Of a DNA stretch of 64,000 nt, positions 45,021 through 58,093 are shown piece by piece. The notes below the pieces were generated by a model that made no database searches, was not told the DNA's origin, and was given only the letters and a program-made list of their open reading frames with translations. Location: NCBI GenBank assembly GCA_036172245.1, contig JAYWIR010000033.1, forward strand, positions 620,001 through 684,000, read 5' to 3'. The first letter of the stretch is position 1; each line of letters starts with the position of its first letter. The stretch comes from Raillietiella orientalis (taxonomy: Eukaryota). Position numbers and translations under genes: made by a program.

Positions 45021-48000
45021 AAAAAGCGGTTCCGGCTTCGTGCGGCGAAATCGCTACGGTCGCGATCGATAGCGCGGCACACGTTGCCGCGAGCGAATCT
45101 ATTGTTCCAGTCCAGTCCACTGGAAGCGTTGTAGCGGCGAGCGAAAGCTCAGCCGCTGCGGTTCCGAACGATAGCGCGCCAGTTGCCGCTATCGAATCGG
45201 TTGTTACGTCACCCGACTCGCCAACAGGCGGCGAAATCCGTGATGACGTTGAACGTATCTCTGATGCAAACTTCGCGCAAGCCGCGGAAGAGTTGGCTGC
45301 CTTCCTGAGGCAGCCCGTCAAGGCCGAGAAGAAGGCCGTTCGACGCCCGGCTACGGCAAAAGACCCGGAAACCTCCGAGTCTGACGCCGAAAGCGGGAAC
45401 TCGCCCTCCGTTGGCTTGCCGAAAATAAAACATAAAAATGCAACAGGTGCTCGTAGGCGTGCTGTCACCTCTCAGGAAGAGGTTGAAATGGCATCTGACA
45501 GCGAGGAAGAGTCCATGTGCGTTGCACAATGCGACTCCGTGCCTGAGAGCATCCTTTACCAACTGTTAACACAGTCCACGGCCGACGGAGTGAGCGATGC
45601 CCCTGAACACTCCAACGACATGGACCCGGACCACTCGTCTTCTGAACAGGAGGCGGTTTCTTCCACCCCACCATAACAACACCATTGCGTGGACTCGCCT
45701 CCTCTAGCCGCTTGCGAATAACCTGTTGGAACGTAAACGGGTTGAGCAGCGACGGGAAGAGGCGAGACGTAGCCGCCATTCTGCGAGACTTCGACCTGGC
45801 CCTACTGCAAGAGACTCACGTGCTCACAACAGAAGCAGGCCAGGATTTCGAAAGAATCACAGGAGGGCGGCTACTGTGGAGGAACGGAACAGACTACTCC
45901 TGCGGAGGGGCCTTTCTGCTGAAGCCGGCAGTCGAAAACTCTCTGCGTAGCGTTCGCTTCGACGGGGACGGTCGAGTTGGACAACTTGTTCTCAAGTGGT
46001 CCGAATCGATCGACCTCGTTGTGACGAACATATACGCGCCAGTGAGCAACCACGGGGCCGAGGAACGCACTGCGTTCCTCGAATCCCTGCGGCGAGACTG
46101 GCTGGCTGAAGCAGGCGTACGGAAGGCGCACCTCATTGCGGGCGATTTCAATCTCCGCCTGCTAACAGGTGCACCCAACAGACGAGCACAGCTGGTCAAC
46201 GAGTTGTGCGCAGCACTGAATGCGCGCAACTTGTTGGCCGGTGATGCCGGGAGAGATCGGAACATCGATCACATGTTCCTCGACAACCACCTGTGCACGC
46301 GGGTGAGAACTCGTGGAACGCTCCCGGCAGAGCTGTCCGACCATCCACGGCTCGTGCTCGACCTACATCCGCGCAACAAGGGTCCTCCCCTGAAAACGTG
46401 GCGCCTGCCAGGGGACTGGTTGCGCCTCGCAGGAGCGGCGGAACATCTGCGCGCCTTCCTGCGAGAATTACATCTTCAGACGCTCGCGGACTGGGTCGAA
46501 ATGAAGTACTCAGTCCGCGAGTTTTGCGAACAGTTTCCCCTGGAGCGTCTTCCTCAGGGCTTCGGAGAAGGTGTCAGGAACGAGCGAGCCTACCTTCAGG
46601 CCCGCCGGTATTCCAGACGACCCGACGTTCGTCGCCTGGCGGAATTCAAAGCTGAGGCGGAGAGGCAGGCCTGGCAGTCAGGCTCGGCCTGCTTGCTGGA
46701 CCATCAGGGCCAAGAACGCTCCAGCCCAGCTCAGGTAAGCCGCATCGTGCGGGAGTTTTATTCCTCCTTATACGCGCCATTAACACCCGAGTGCCAATTC
46801 GCGCAGCAGTTGCTGCCGGATGGGGCTCCCGCGATCGGGGAGGAAGTTTGTTCCAGGTTGTCGGAACCACTCCGCCATCAGTAAATTATAGACAAGAAAG
46901 GCACCAGGGGAGGACGGCCTGCCCGCGGAGTTTTACAAACACTTCGCGACAGAGCTGGCTCCCCTGGTGCTCAAGCTAAGTACGCTGATCCGCGAACACG
47001 GCGAAGTTCCCGCCTCGTTCCGATCAGCAAAAGTACGTCTCCTGCCGAAGTCAGGAGACCTACGCAACATTAGCAACTGGCGTCCCATCACAGTGGTGAA
47101 TGCGGACGCAAAGTTGTATGCCAAATTGTGGGCTGAGCGTTTAGGACCGGTGGCGGATTCCGTGATCAGCCCGGAGCAAACATACGCTGTCCCCGGGCGA
47201 ACCATGGAAGCCAACCTGCTCCTCGCCAGCACATGGTGGCAGTTGCAACAGCGCTTTGCACAGGACGGTCAAGGGAGCCTTGAGCACCCCTCTGACCAGA
47301 GAGACCCGGTAGAGGGTGGCGCGGAATCGGCGGGAGCCTTCGCCGTCGCTGTCGACTTGCGCAAAGCATTCGACTGCGTCGACCAGGATCTCCTTCTGGA
47401 GCTCCTGGAACGCATGGGTTTCCCTGCCGTGCTTCAATCTTACCTGCGCTCCTGCTGGCGCAACGCGTCAATCAATATCGGTTTCAGCGGCCGGCACGTG
47501 TACGGCGTGCCCGTACGCCGCGGCATCCGGCAGGGTGACAGCCTGAGCCCCTTGCTCTTCAGCATCTACGTCGAGTTGGTGCTGAGGGCATACAGGGTAA
47601 CTCTGGCAACCCTGCCGAGCTCGTGTGCCGGCACGCCTGCCGTGTCGGCCTATGCAGACGATCTTCTGCTGCTGCTTCCCGGGTCCACCCCGGCGAGTGC
47701 ACTCGAGGACTTCTTCGAGTTGCTGCGCCGCGGGACGGGCCTGGAGGTGAACAGGGCGAAGTCGTATATGGTCTTCGTCGGTTCGGCGTGGGCTGGACGG
47801 TCGGACTGGATCCGCTTGGGGATCCCCACGGGCAGGTGCTTCAAGTACCTCGGCGTACCGTTGGGGGACTTCTGCGCAGCACAAGCCTGGTCCGACCGTC
47901 TCCAAAAGGCAGCGTTGGCGATCGGTCCGTTCCAAGAAGGCAAGTTCTACTTGCAGGAACGGGCCGCGGTGTGGAACGCGTTTGCGGCTCCCCTCCTTCG

Positions 48001-49478
48001 CCCCCTACTTTTTGTTTGCCCCGCCCCTTATTTTATTCGAAAACGAGCAGCGGGCCTCCTGAGGACAGTCCTTTGGGGCAAAGGGAGGTCCCGTGTGAGG
48101 CTCAAAGACTTGTGCGCTCCACGTAAGGACGGTGGACTTGGCTTACTTACGCTGGAGCGCATCGAAATACAACTTCGATTCAGGACTCTCGCCCTTGCGG
48201 CAGAATTGTGGGACACGACTTGGTGCGTTCCAGCACGCCTCCTGGCCCAACGAGCCTGCGGAATCGGCGGACTTTTGTCGTTTCTGTCTGCGCGTGTCTG
48301 CAGAAGACCATACTGTGGCTCTATGCTGCGACGCATCTTTGTTGCGGTTCGGGAGAACGCCTGGATCTCCTGCCTCCCAGGGAACTACTCCGCCTGGTTG
48401 CACGAGTCAGTCTCCACCTGGGTCAAGATCCACGTTCCGGCGGGCACAAGGAACACTTGTATGAAAAGGCACGCCCGCTGGACGCTGCAGGAGATCGTGC
48501 AGTCCCACGACAAGCTTCTGTGGGCCTTGATAACCCCCCTCGCCCCAGTGCTGCCCTTCCTTGTGAATGCCAGGGACAGTAGCGAGCAGGGGAAATGGAC
48601 CGTGTCCTGCACTATAGGCGGCAGGACACAATCGATAAAGGCGTGGACATCTCGGCAGCTAGCTGACGCTGTGACGCCGAGTGTCCCGCCCAACGGAATT
48701 CGACGCTGGGGCGAGCTACTCGGACTATCTCCGGAGGAGATGAAGTGGCCCCCAGCGTCCTGGAACAGTGCATCCCTCCCCCTGAAATGGCAGGATGTGG
48801 CGTTGCTTGTGGTTTTCTGGGGACTTCCATTCAAAGCACGCCTTCATCACACAACCCGGGGGTTCTGTGGATCCTTATTGTGACCGGTGCGGGGAAAAAG
48901 AGACCTTCCCCCACCTTCTCATCGAGTGCAGTGCCATCCGCCCTTTATGGGATCGTCTCGCGGCGATCCTGGACTTGCGCGGATTCGGCCCAAAGGACGT
49001 TTTCAGGCGCCTCTTCTGTAGTGACGCCTTGTCCCCCATCTCTTCTGTAGCAGTCCTCTGCTGCATCAGAGGAATAGTGGCGGCTTGGAACGCCACCAGA
49101 AGAAGGCGTCAGCCAACTGGCAACGCCTTACACTGGACTCGCGTTTTCGCGCGAAGTGTCTGCAAGTGGCGCCACTTGGGCGCTGAAAGGACTCAACTTG
49201 TGCGGATCCTGAATAGGATCTAGAGGACCTCTCCACGCGCACCGTGATCCCTTCCCCGCCCTCCCACCCCTACAACATTTGTTCCCCCCCACATTTGAAC
49301 TTTTTGTTTCTTTTTGTTTTTCTTTATTTCCCATCCCCGCGCATCGGAAGGACCTCTCCGGCACGGAGCCGGTAACCAGCAAGGTGTTTTGGAGTGGTGA
49401 ACCTTCGGGTTCGCCACGCTACATTTTTCTGTAATTTTATTTCTATGAAATAAATGCCCCGGCACATCCGGGTGTGAA
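45021..49478 (+). mobile_element. Tx1-like element 2, 5'-truncated in ORF1, frameshifted ORF2
   Basis: ORFs 45293..45676, 45685..46884, 46967..48883, 48795..49223 closely match element 1; AATAAA 49449 plus hairpin. Confidence 0.93.
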
Positions 49479-50680
49479 CAACCCGCCGCCGCGCGAACGC
49501 CGACGCCGCGACAAAGTCGCGAGCCCAGCGTGAGCAGCGACGACCGGGACTTCAACAAGGCGGCGGAAGAGTTGGCAGCCATGCTCCAGCAGCCTCCCAA
49601 GGCCCAGAAGAAGGCCTTGAGGCGTCCGGCTGAGGCGAAAGGACCGGAGACTACCGAGTTTGAAGCCGAAGCCGGCAACGCTCCGGCTGTCGCTCTCCCG
49701 AAGCGCCAAGCGGGCCGCAAGGTAGGCAACCCGCGGCGCTCCGCACCTTCACCGGCGGAGGAGGAAATGCGGTCGGACCACGACGACGGGAAGGCGATGT
49801 CAGCGAGACCTCGCGACTTCTCGTCGGAGGCGGCCCAGGCCAAGCAGGATCCTCCAAGCACCACCACAACCACCGACGGACCACCTCCTTGCGAGGAACA
49901 GCCCGTCGCAATGGACACACAACTCCCGCCTGCTGTTAAGCAGACGGAGGACGGTAAGCAATTATAAACACACCAACGCGTGAACTCTCCTCCTGCCGGC
50001 GACTGCGCGTAATCTGTTGGAACGTCAGCGGGTTACGCGACTTCGGCAAGAGGAGAGAAGTGGCTGCCAGCCTGCGGGACTTCCACCTGGCGCTTCTGAA
50101 GGAGACGCACGTGCTCCACGCAGAGGAGGCCCAGGAAAACGAACGGATCGCAGGCGGGCGACTCATATAGGAAAACGGAAAAGACCGCACCCGCGGTGTG
50201 CCTTTCATGCTCAAGCCAGCCGTGGTTAATGCGCTGCGCGACGTGCACTCCGACAGGGAAGGTCAAATCGGGCAGCTTGTTGCCAAGTGGTTTGACGCGA
50301 TCGACCTCGTCGTGACCAACGTGTACGCGTTCGGCACGAGCCACAGGCACGGGGAACGCACTGCGTTCTTCGAAGACCTTCGTCGAGATTGGCTGGCCGA
50401 AGCAGACATGCGAAAGGCGCACCTCATTGCCGGGGACTTTAACGTCCGCCTGCTGGCAGGTGCGCCCGACATTCGCGCACAGCTGGTCAACGAGATGTGC
50501 GCTGCCATGCACGCGCGCAACTTGTTGGCCGGTGACGCCGGAACAGAGACGAGGATCGACCACATGTTTCTCGACAACCACCTGTGTTCGCGGGTGGAAA
50601 ATCGAGGGGCAGTGCCATCCGAACTTTCCGACCATCCCCGGCTTGTGATAGAAATACACCCGCGCGTTAGAGGTCCACCC
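49479..50680 (+). mobile_element. Tx1-like element 0, remainder (ORF1 tail and APE)
   Basis: Starts with second TSD copy CAACCCGCCGCC (49479-49490); DFNKAAEELAAML; APE in 50198..50794. Confidence 0.87.
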
Positions 50681-52422
50681 AAAACACAGTCCGCGTCGTG
50701 TCCGCGAAAAACGCGAGAAAGCGCGCGGCCAAAAAGAGGAAAAAGCTGGCAGCTCGTTCTGCTGCTAAGGAGGTCACTTCCGCCACCAAGGTGAAGGCCA
50801 GCCCCGAGACCCCGGCGAAAAACGCCGAAAAGGTCGAAGGCGAGGGTCAAGAGCCAGGGTGGCAAAAGGTCGACCCCAAGAAAAACTCCCCTAAGAAGGG
50901 AAACAACGTGGCGAAACGGAGCGAAACTGCTCCGCGCCGCGAAAAAACCAAAAGCTGCTGCGTTGTCGTAGAGCGGATTCCCGCCATCGACGAATGCGGC
51001 GCTAAAGAACTCGCTGCTGCCCCTGCTCAACCCTCCGTTGACAGTGTCAACAAGGAGGGGAGCGAGGCGGCGGCGTCCTTCATCGAGCCCACGCTCGATG
51101 ACGTCGCCTTCGCGAACGCCGCGGAGGAGCTGGCTGCCTCGTTGCAGCCGGTTGCCCCCAAGGCTGGCAAGAAGGCCGTCAGGCGTCCGGCTTCCCCTCA
51201 GGAGTCGGCCACTTCCGACCCCGAGGTGAAGGCCGGAAACACAGCATCCATCTCCTTGGCACCCCGCAAAAAGGCAGGACGAAAGTCCACAATGCCCCGG
51301 AAGATCATCTCCCCCGACGAAGGGGAAGAGATGGCTTCCGGCTGCGAGGGTGCGATGAGCGTATGAAACTTCCGCGACCCATCGCCCGAGAGAATCCCAC
51401 GCGCAAACACGGAGGAGATGGAGGGGGTGGAGGCCGAACAGGTGCCTTTGGTGCCTGAAGAGGCCTCCGTCCCCATGGACATCCCGAACACCTGCCCCGC
51501 GGCAGGTGGTGCAGCGCCACCTTCCCAGCAATAAAGCCGGGAATCGCTTCTCGCCGTCGTCTTCTGATCGCCTGTTGGAACGTGAACGGGCTAAGCGACG
51601 ACGGCAAGAAGCGTGACGTGGTCGCCACCCTGGCATCCTTCGACCTGGTGCTGCTGCAGGAGATCCACGTGATCTCCGCAGATCAAGCCGGGGAGATCGA
51701 ACGGATCTCGGGTGGTCGGCTGCTGTGGCGCTGCGGTACCGCGAAATCTAGCGGTGTCGCCTACCTGCTCCGACCAGCCATCGAGGCCGCAATAAAGGAC
51801 GTACGGTTTGATGACGCCGGTCGCGTCGGTCAGCTGACTCTGAGCTGGTCCGACTCAATCGACCTGGTCGTCACCAACCTGTACGCTCCTAGCGGTAAGT
51901 ACGCGTTGAGGGCGAAGGGAAGAAGAGAATTCTACCTTGCCCTCGGACGCGATTGGCTGATCGAAGCAAGTGTTCGCAAAGCGCACCTGATCGCAGGTGA
52001 CTTCAACCTGCGCCTGCTTTCAGGTGCGGCGGATACACAGAACGACCGCGTCAACGAGTTGTGCACGCAAATGCACACGTGCAACTTGCTGGCCGGAGAT
52101 ACGGACATGGAACGGAGCATCGATCACGTGTACCTTGACCAGCACCTATGCACTCGCGTGGGCAGGCGCGGCAAGTTACCGTCCGAGCTGTCGGACCATG
52201 GCCGAATCGTGTTCGAAGTGCATCCGCGCGACAAGGGCCCGCCCTCGTCAGCTTGGCGTCTGCCAGGGGACTGGCTGAAGTTCCCGGACGCGGCGGAACA
52301 TCTCCGCGCGTTCATACGTAACTTCAGCATGCGGACGCTTCAGGACTGGGACCACTTCATGCGGTCGGTCCAAGAGTTCTGCGACCGGTTCCCTTTGCAT
52401 CGGCTACCTGCGGAATTTGGGG
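50681..52422 (+). mobile_element. Tx1-like fragment (ORF1 tail and APE) of another subfamily
   Basis: ORF 50698..51366 (FANAAEELAASL) and 51582..52493 (LLQEIH, IAGDFN, IDH, SDH). Confidence 0.87.
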
Positions 52423-55400
52423 TTGTCACCCGGGTACGCCCGGAGCGTTTATTTTCAAAAACTCTACATAAACGTGGTACGAGGCCCCACTAACTGCCAC
52501 ACAACACCGGACCTGCCGGGACGCCGGGACGAAGCCCGGCGTGACGCTCCTCGACAGTGGAGGGGGATAGGAATCAAAACAAAAAGAAAAATAAAGATAT
52601 GAAAAGAAACACAAAAAGAGTTTGGAGGGAGGGGAAGGGATCACAATCCACTGGGAGGAGGGCCCATCCTTCGCAGGATCCCCTCCAGGTCCATCTTCAT
52701 GCATTCCAGATGGGGCCATCACGCAGCTCTCCGCATGAAGCAGAACGCATACGGGATGACATCCCTCGCGTTGGCATCCGCTCCTTCCTCGCGAATGTCG
52801 CTCCACGCCGCCACGATGCCCCGGATGCAGCAGAGGGCTGCAATGGCTGCGGCGGGCTGCAAGGCGTCCCGCACGAAGAGGGGCCGAAGAACGTCTCTGG
52901 GCGCGCTGCCCATTGGGAGCCCGAGCGTCGTCCCGAACCGTTCCCACACGGGTCGGAGGGCAGCACAGTCAGCTAGTAGGTGGGGGAGCGATTCCCGCTC
53001 CCCACACCTGGCACACTCAGGCCTTACACTTCCCCGAGTCCAGTGGAAGCGGCGCGCGTTGCAGGGTAGACCCCAGTGTAACAGTAGCAGCGCCGACTCT
53101 TGCCACTTAAGGGGGAGAAGCCTAGATCCGATGAATATTAGGGGCCACTTCAGGTCATCCGTCGGGATGCCGAGCAGCTCGCCCCATCTACGAAGTCCAC
53201 GAGAAAAGGCACTCGGGGTTGTGGCATCTGCCAGTTCTCCCATGGTCCAACCGCTCATCTTCTTTTCCTTGCCTGCGATTCGGCAGGAGACTTGCCACTT
53301 TGGCTTGCGGCCGCTGGTGAAAGCCCTTCATTGGAAGGGCAGGGTCGAAGCTAGGGGGGTAGTCTCCGCCCACGTGCTCCTGGCGGGACACTCCAGAGTA
53401 GTCTGCAGTGTGCAGCGGGCGTTGGGGCCAAATCGCAGGCGGTTCCAGTCCGGGGAAGTCTGGAGGTTCAGCTTAGCATACGTCGCAACTGTTTCCTCCA
53501 GCCAGGCGGAGCAGATGGCGGGGCTGCATACCGTCCAGCCGTTGTCTCTCGCCAGGGCTTCCATGCGCCCAAGGATAAGGCCGCATCTTCTGACCTTCCT
53601 GCCAGGGCACAGACGGTAAGACGCGAGTCCATGCGTCCTGGACACACGGCTGCCGAGGAATCGTGCCGGAACGCACCAAGGGGTGCTCCATGACTTTGCT
53701 GCCATGGCGATAGTGCGCCATCGCAGCTGTACAGGCGCTCCAGCGTCAGGAGGCCGAGACCGCCGTCCGGACGAGGAGCGCATAAGTCATCTAGAGGCAC
53801 ACGTGGCATCTCGCTGCCCCAGAGGGCGATGCGGAGTAGGTCCTTGGTCCTCTTTTTAATGTCACGAGGGACGGGGCAAACAAAAAGCAGGGGGCGGAGG
53901 ATGGGAGCCGCGAACGCGTTCCACACCGCGGCCCGTTCCGGCAGAAGGAACATGCCTTCCTGGAACGGGCCGATTGCCAACTCTACCTTTTGGAGACGAC
54001 CTGAACAGGCTTCTGCGAGGCAGAAGTCCCCCAACGGGACACCCTGGTACTTCAGGTACCTGTCCGCGGGGATCCCCAAGCGCATCCAGTCAGGCCGTCC
54101 GAACCACGTCGCACCCACCGGTACGACCGACGACTTCGCCTTGTTTACCCCAAGTCCAGTCCCACGACGTAGCAGGTCGAAGAAATCCTCGACTGCGGCT
54201 GCCGGGGCGGACATAAGCAACATGAGCAGAAGCTCGTCGGCGTATGCTGCTACGGCGGGCGTGCCGAGGCACGAGCTGGGCAGGGCAGCCAAAGTCACCC
54301 TGTACGCTATCAGTACCAACTCAAAGTAGGTGCTAAAGAGCAGGGGAATGAGGCTATCGCCCTGCCGTATGCCCCGCCGCACCGGCACGCCGTACACCTG
54401 TTGGCTGGAAAAGCAGATGTTAAGGGTGGCGTTGCGCCAGCAGGAGCGCAGGAAGGAGAGAAGGGAGGGTAAGAAGCCCATGCGACCCAGGAGCTCCAAC
54501 AGTAGCTCAAGGTCAACGCAGTCGAACGCCTTATGGAGATCGACCGCGATCGCTAGGGCCCCCTTCCCAGCCCGGGTGTCCATTTTCAGCCCAGCTGGCG
54601 GCCCCAAAGTGGGGTTTCCAATCTTTCCACCAGTTTCATTCAGGGAGCGCTGCACATGAACCATGTACTCGCGAAGAACAGGTTGGCATCCATACTTCGC
54701 ACGGAAACAGCGTATGTCTGCTCCGGGCTAATCATGGAATCTGCCACCTGTCCTAGACGCAAAGCTTGCAGTCCAGCGACCAGCGTGGCGTCCGTATTCA
54801 CGATTGCGATCGGACGCCAGTTGCCTAGGGATCTCAGGTCTCCTCCTTTCGGGAGGAGCCTCACACGGGCTGACCGAAACGAGGCGGAAACGTCGCCTTC
54901 GTCTCGGATCAGCCCGGTCAACTGGAGCACCAGGGGGGACAGCTATGTCGCGAAGCATTGAAAAAATTCCGCAGGCAGGCCGTCCTCCCCTGGCGCCTTA
55001 CGCCTCTTGAGCCTTTTAATACCAACGAGAATTTGACCGGTAGAAAAAGGCTCGTCGAGGTTGATCCTCTCCTCCTCCCCTATTGCCTGGCCTCCATCCG
55101 GAAGCAGGAGCCGCGAGGCGTCCCGCTCGGGGGGTGCCCTAGCGTAGAGGGAGGAATAATACTGCCGCACGAGGTGCCTGATCGCGGGTGGGGCCGATCG
55201 CTCCCGGCCCTGGTCGTCCAGCAAGCTGGCCGACTCGGATTGCCAGGCTTGGCGCTCGGCCCCACCTCGATATTCGGCCAAGCGACGGACATTGCGGGTC
55301 CTCTCGTACCGGCGGGCCTGTAAATAAGCCCTATGGTTCCAAGCCCTCTCCTTAAATCCGGGGGGCAGCCGGTGCAGGGGGAACTCCTCGCAGAACTCGC

Positions 55401-58093
55401 GGACCGAGGCCTTAAAGAGGTCCCAATCTTTGAGACTGCGGAGGGTGACGCCTCTCAGGAATTCGCGAAGGTGTTCCTTCGCACCTGAGAGCCGCGTCCA
55501 GTTCCCAGGCAACCGCCACGCCCTGTTTGGGGTTCCTTTATCGCGCGGGCATACCTCGGCGATTAACCTGGAATGGTCCGACAGCGTCGACGCAACTTTT
55601 CCCCGTTTGCCGACCCGCGAGCACAGGTCGACGTCCAGGAAGAAGTGGTCGATGCTGCGGTCCATTCCCTCCGCGTCCGCCAACAAGTTGCGCGTGCGCA
55701 TGGCAGCGCACAACTCGTTGGCCGTGCGTTCTTGTGCTTCGGGCTCACCTGAATGCAGACGGAGATTAAAGTCCCCAGCTATCAGGTGTCCCTTCCGCAC
55801 GTTCGTATCGGCCAGCCAGTCGCGGTTCAGGGTTTCCAGCAACCTGGTACGGTCGCGGTATCCCCCTTTCCCGCTTGGGGCGTACACGTTCGTGACGATC
55901 AATTCGATCGAGTCGGACCAGCTGAGAGTCAGCTGACCGACCCGACCGTCGTCATCGAAGCGTACGCCCTTCACGGCAGCGTCGATGGCCGGCTTCACGA
56001 AAAACGCGACCCCACAGGTGTTGCGGGCGCCGCATCGCCAATACAGTCGACCCCCCGCGATCGTCTCGATCTCCTGGACGTCTGCCGAGGTGATCACGTG
56101 GATCTCCTGCAGCAGAACCAGGTCGAACTCACGCAGGGTGTCTGACGTAACTCGTCTGTTGCCGTCGTCGCGCAGCCCGTTGACGTTCCAACTGGCCACG
56201 CGGATTCGACGGCGACAGGCGAGCCCAGGTGTTATTCCTGGGAAATCGGCTCTGTGGCGTCCGCCACCTGTTGGGGCGGGACGCTAATTGGGGCAGGAGG
56301 GACAGGTGCCTCGAGCACCTAATCCCCCTTCCCCATCGGTGACGGGGCGTCGGGCGGGTCACCCTCCGGTGGGGTCGCGCCTACCTGTTGGCCCTCCTCC
56401 ATACGGGTGGGCTGTACAAAGTCCGCGCCGGCAAAGAGGACCTCGCCGCCCTGCTCACCCTCCTCCATGGGGGTGGCCTGCTCGACGACTTCCGCGCGTG
56501 AGATTTCCCCCTCCGGGGTTCCCACGCTGCCGTCGGCTTCCAGCTTCTCCTCCTCGCTCGTAAAGAGGAGGCGCCTCCTCGGCTTTTGGGACTTGTGTCC
56601 CGTCTTCCGGGAGGGTTCCTTCGACGAGGAGGATGCACTTCCGGTTCCCAGGTCGCACTCAACTGCGGGGGCCTTCTTCGGCGGAGCCGGCCTTCGCACG
56701 GCCTTGCGTGAGGGGTTCTCACGCTCGGCCAGCGTGGCCGCGAGCTCCTCCGCCGCCTGCGCGAAGGCGGCGTCCTCGCTTTCGGCGCGCGCTTCGAACG
56801 GCTCACCCTCTGTGCAAACAGAGGGTTCGTCGTCGCGAACCTCGGGCGCGGCGAAACGGCAAGGGGAGGCTCGTCGCCTCGGGTGGCAGCCTCGGGGACG
56901 GCAATCCGTTCGAGTGCCACCGTGCACTCGCGAAGAGTTCTCGAGCGCGGACCGGGTTTATTCGGTTTCGCGCTCTTTTCTCTCTTCGCTCTCGCGGGTT
57001 CCACGTGGGGAACTTTTTTTTCTTTTCTGGCCTTTACCAGCTTCCATCCTTCTTCCTCTCCCGCGTCTTCAGCAGGTTTTTCCTCCGATGCCTGGGTGGG
57101 AGGAACAGGAGATGGCGGCTGGGGCCGGCCAGTTTCGCGATAAGGTCTTTCGACCTTTTTTCCTTTTTTAGCCTGCGCATTTTTGGCAGCAGGTGGCACC
57201 GGGGTGGGGCGTTTGGGGCACACACGACGAACGTGTCCCTTCACCCCGCACAAGTGGCACTCGATATTCGGGCACCGCTTGCGCAAGTGCCCTACTGCAT
57301 CGCAGTAGCCACAATAGCGGGGTTTCCCCACGTACCAGAGGTCGACGGATTCCTTTGCGACCTTTAGTTTGTGGGACAAGCCACTGCCCTCATTAACCGT
57401 TACACGCGCTGCGGCCTGGCCTCCGAAATGGCTATTAAAGCCTTCGAAAATGGTAGGCTTTGGCCACAACGCGTATATCTCACCGTATTTACTAAGTTCA
57501 TTACTCACCGCAGATCGCGTCATGCGGTTCGTAATGCCGGTTAGATGGACCACTACGGAGCGGTCCATGCTAACCGGAAGGATCTTCCGGCCATCCACAT
57601 TAATCGGGGTGTTAATGAGGCGCTGTGCTAAGGCTACGTCTTTGCAGACGACCTTCACGCGCTGCCCCCCGCTGAGTACGGAGAGGCCCTCAAGATCCTC
57701 CTCGCGTACAGGGAAATCCTGCAGTGCCCTACTAAAAGCCCGAGCGGTGCGACCATCAAACAGGGGTCCTACTTTATAAACCAGAGATGGTTTATATCTG
57801 GAGGCCCTGTAGGCCGCTTGCTCTGCCAAGGTTTCCGCGCTCGGTGCGGAAACCATGGCGCTCCACGTCCTTGGCGTTGCCGGGGATGATTCCGGGGCGA
57901 ACGCCCCTGATTCTGCAGGCTGTGGGGGTGGGCAAGCCTCCCTCACACCTACCTCCATCGTGGTGTCCTCAAGCATCGTTGCCATCGGACACCAACGATG
58001 TTCCACACGAACACACATAAAGAAAAAAGCCGCTTCCTGTCGACTCGCTCGGGAGCTCAGCAAAAACACGTCCGCTCGCCAAGGGAGTTGGGG
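52423..58093 (-). mobile_element. Tx1-like element 5, near full length, frameshifted
   Basis: ORF1 56381..58069 (CGYCDAVGHLRKRC, CHLCGVKGHVRRVC), APE 54943..56199, RT 53468..54930, CCHC 52719..53258, AATAAA plus hairpin at 52427-52453. Confidence 0.93.
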
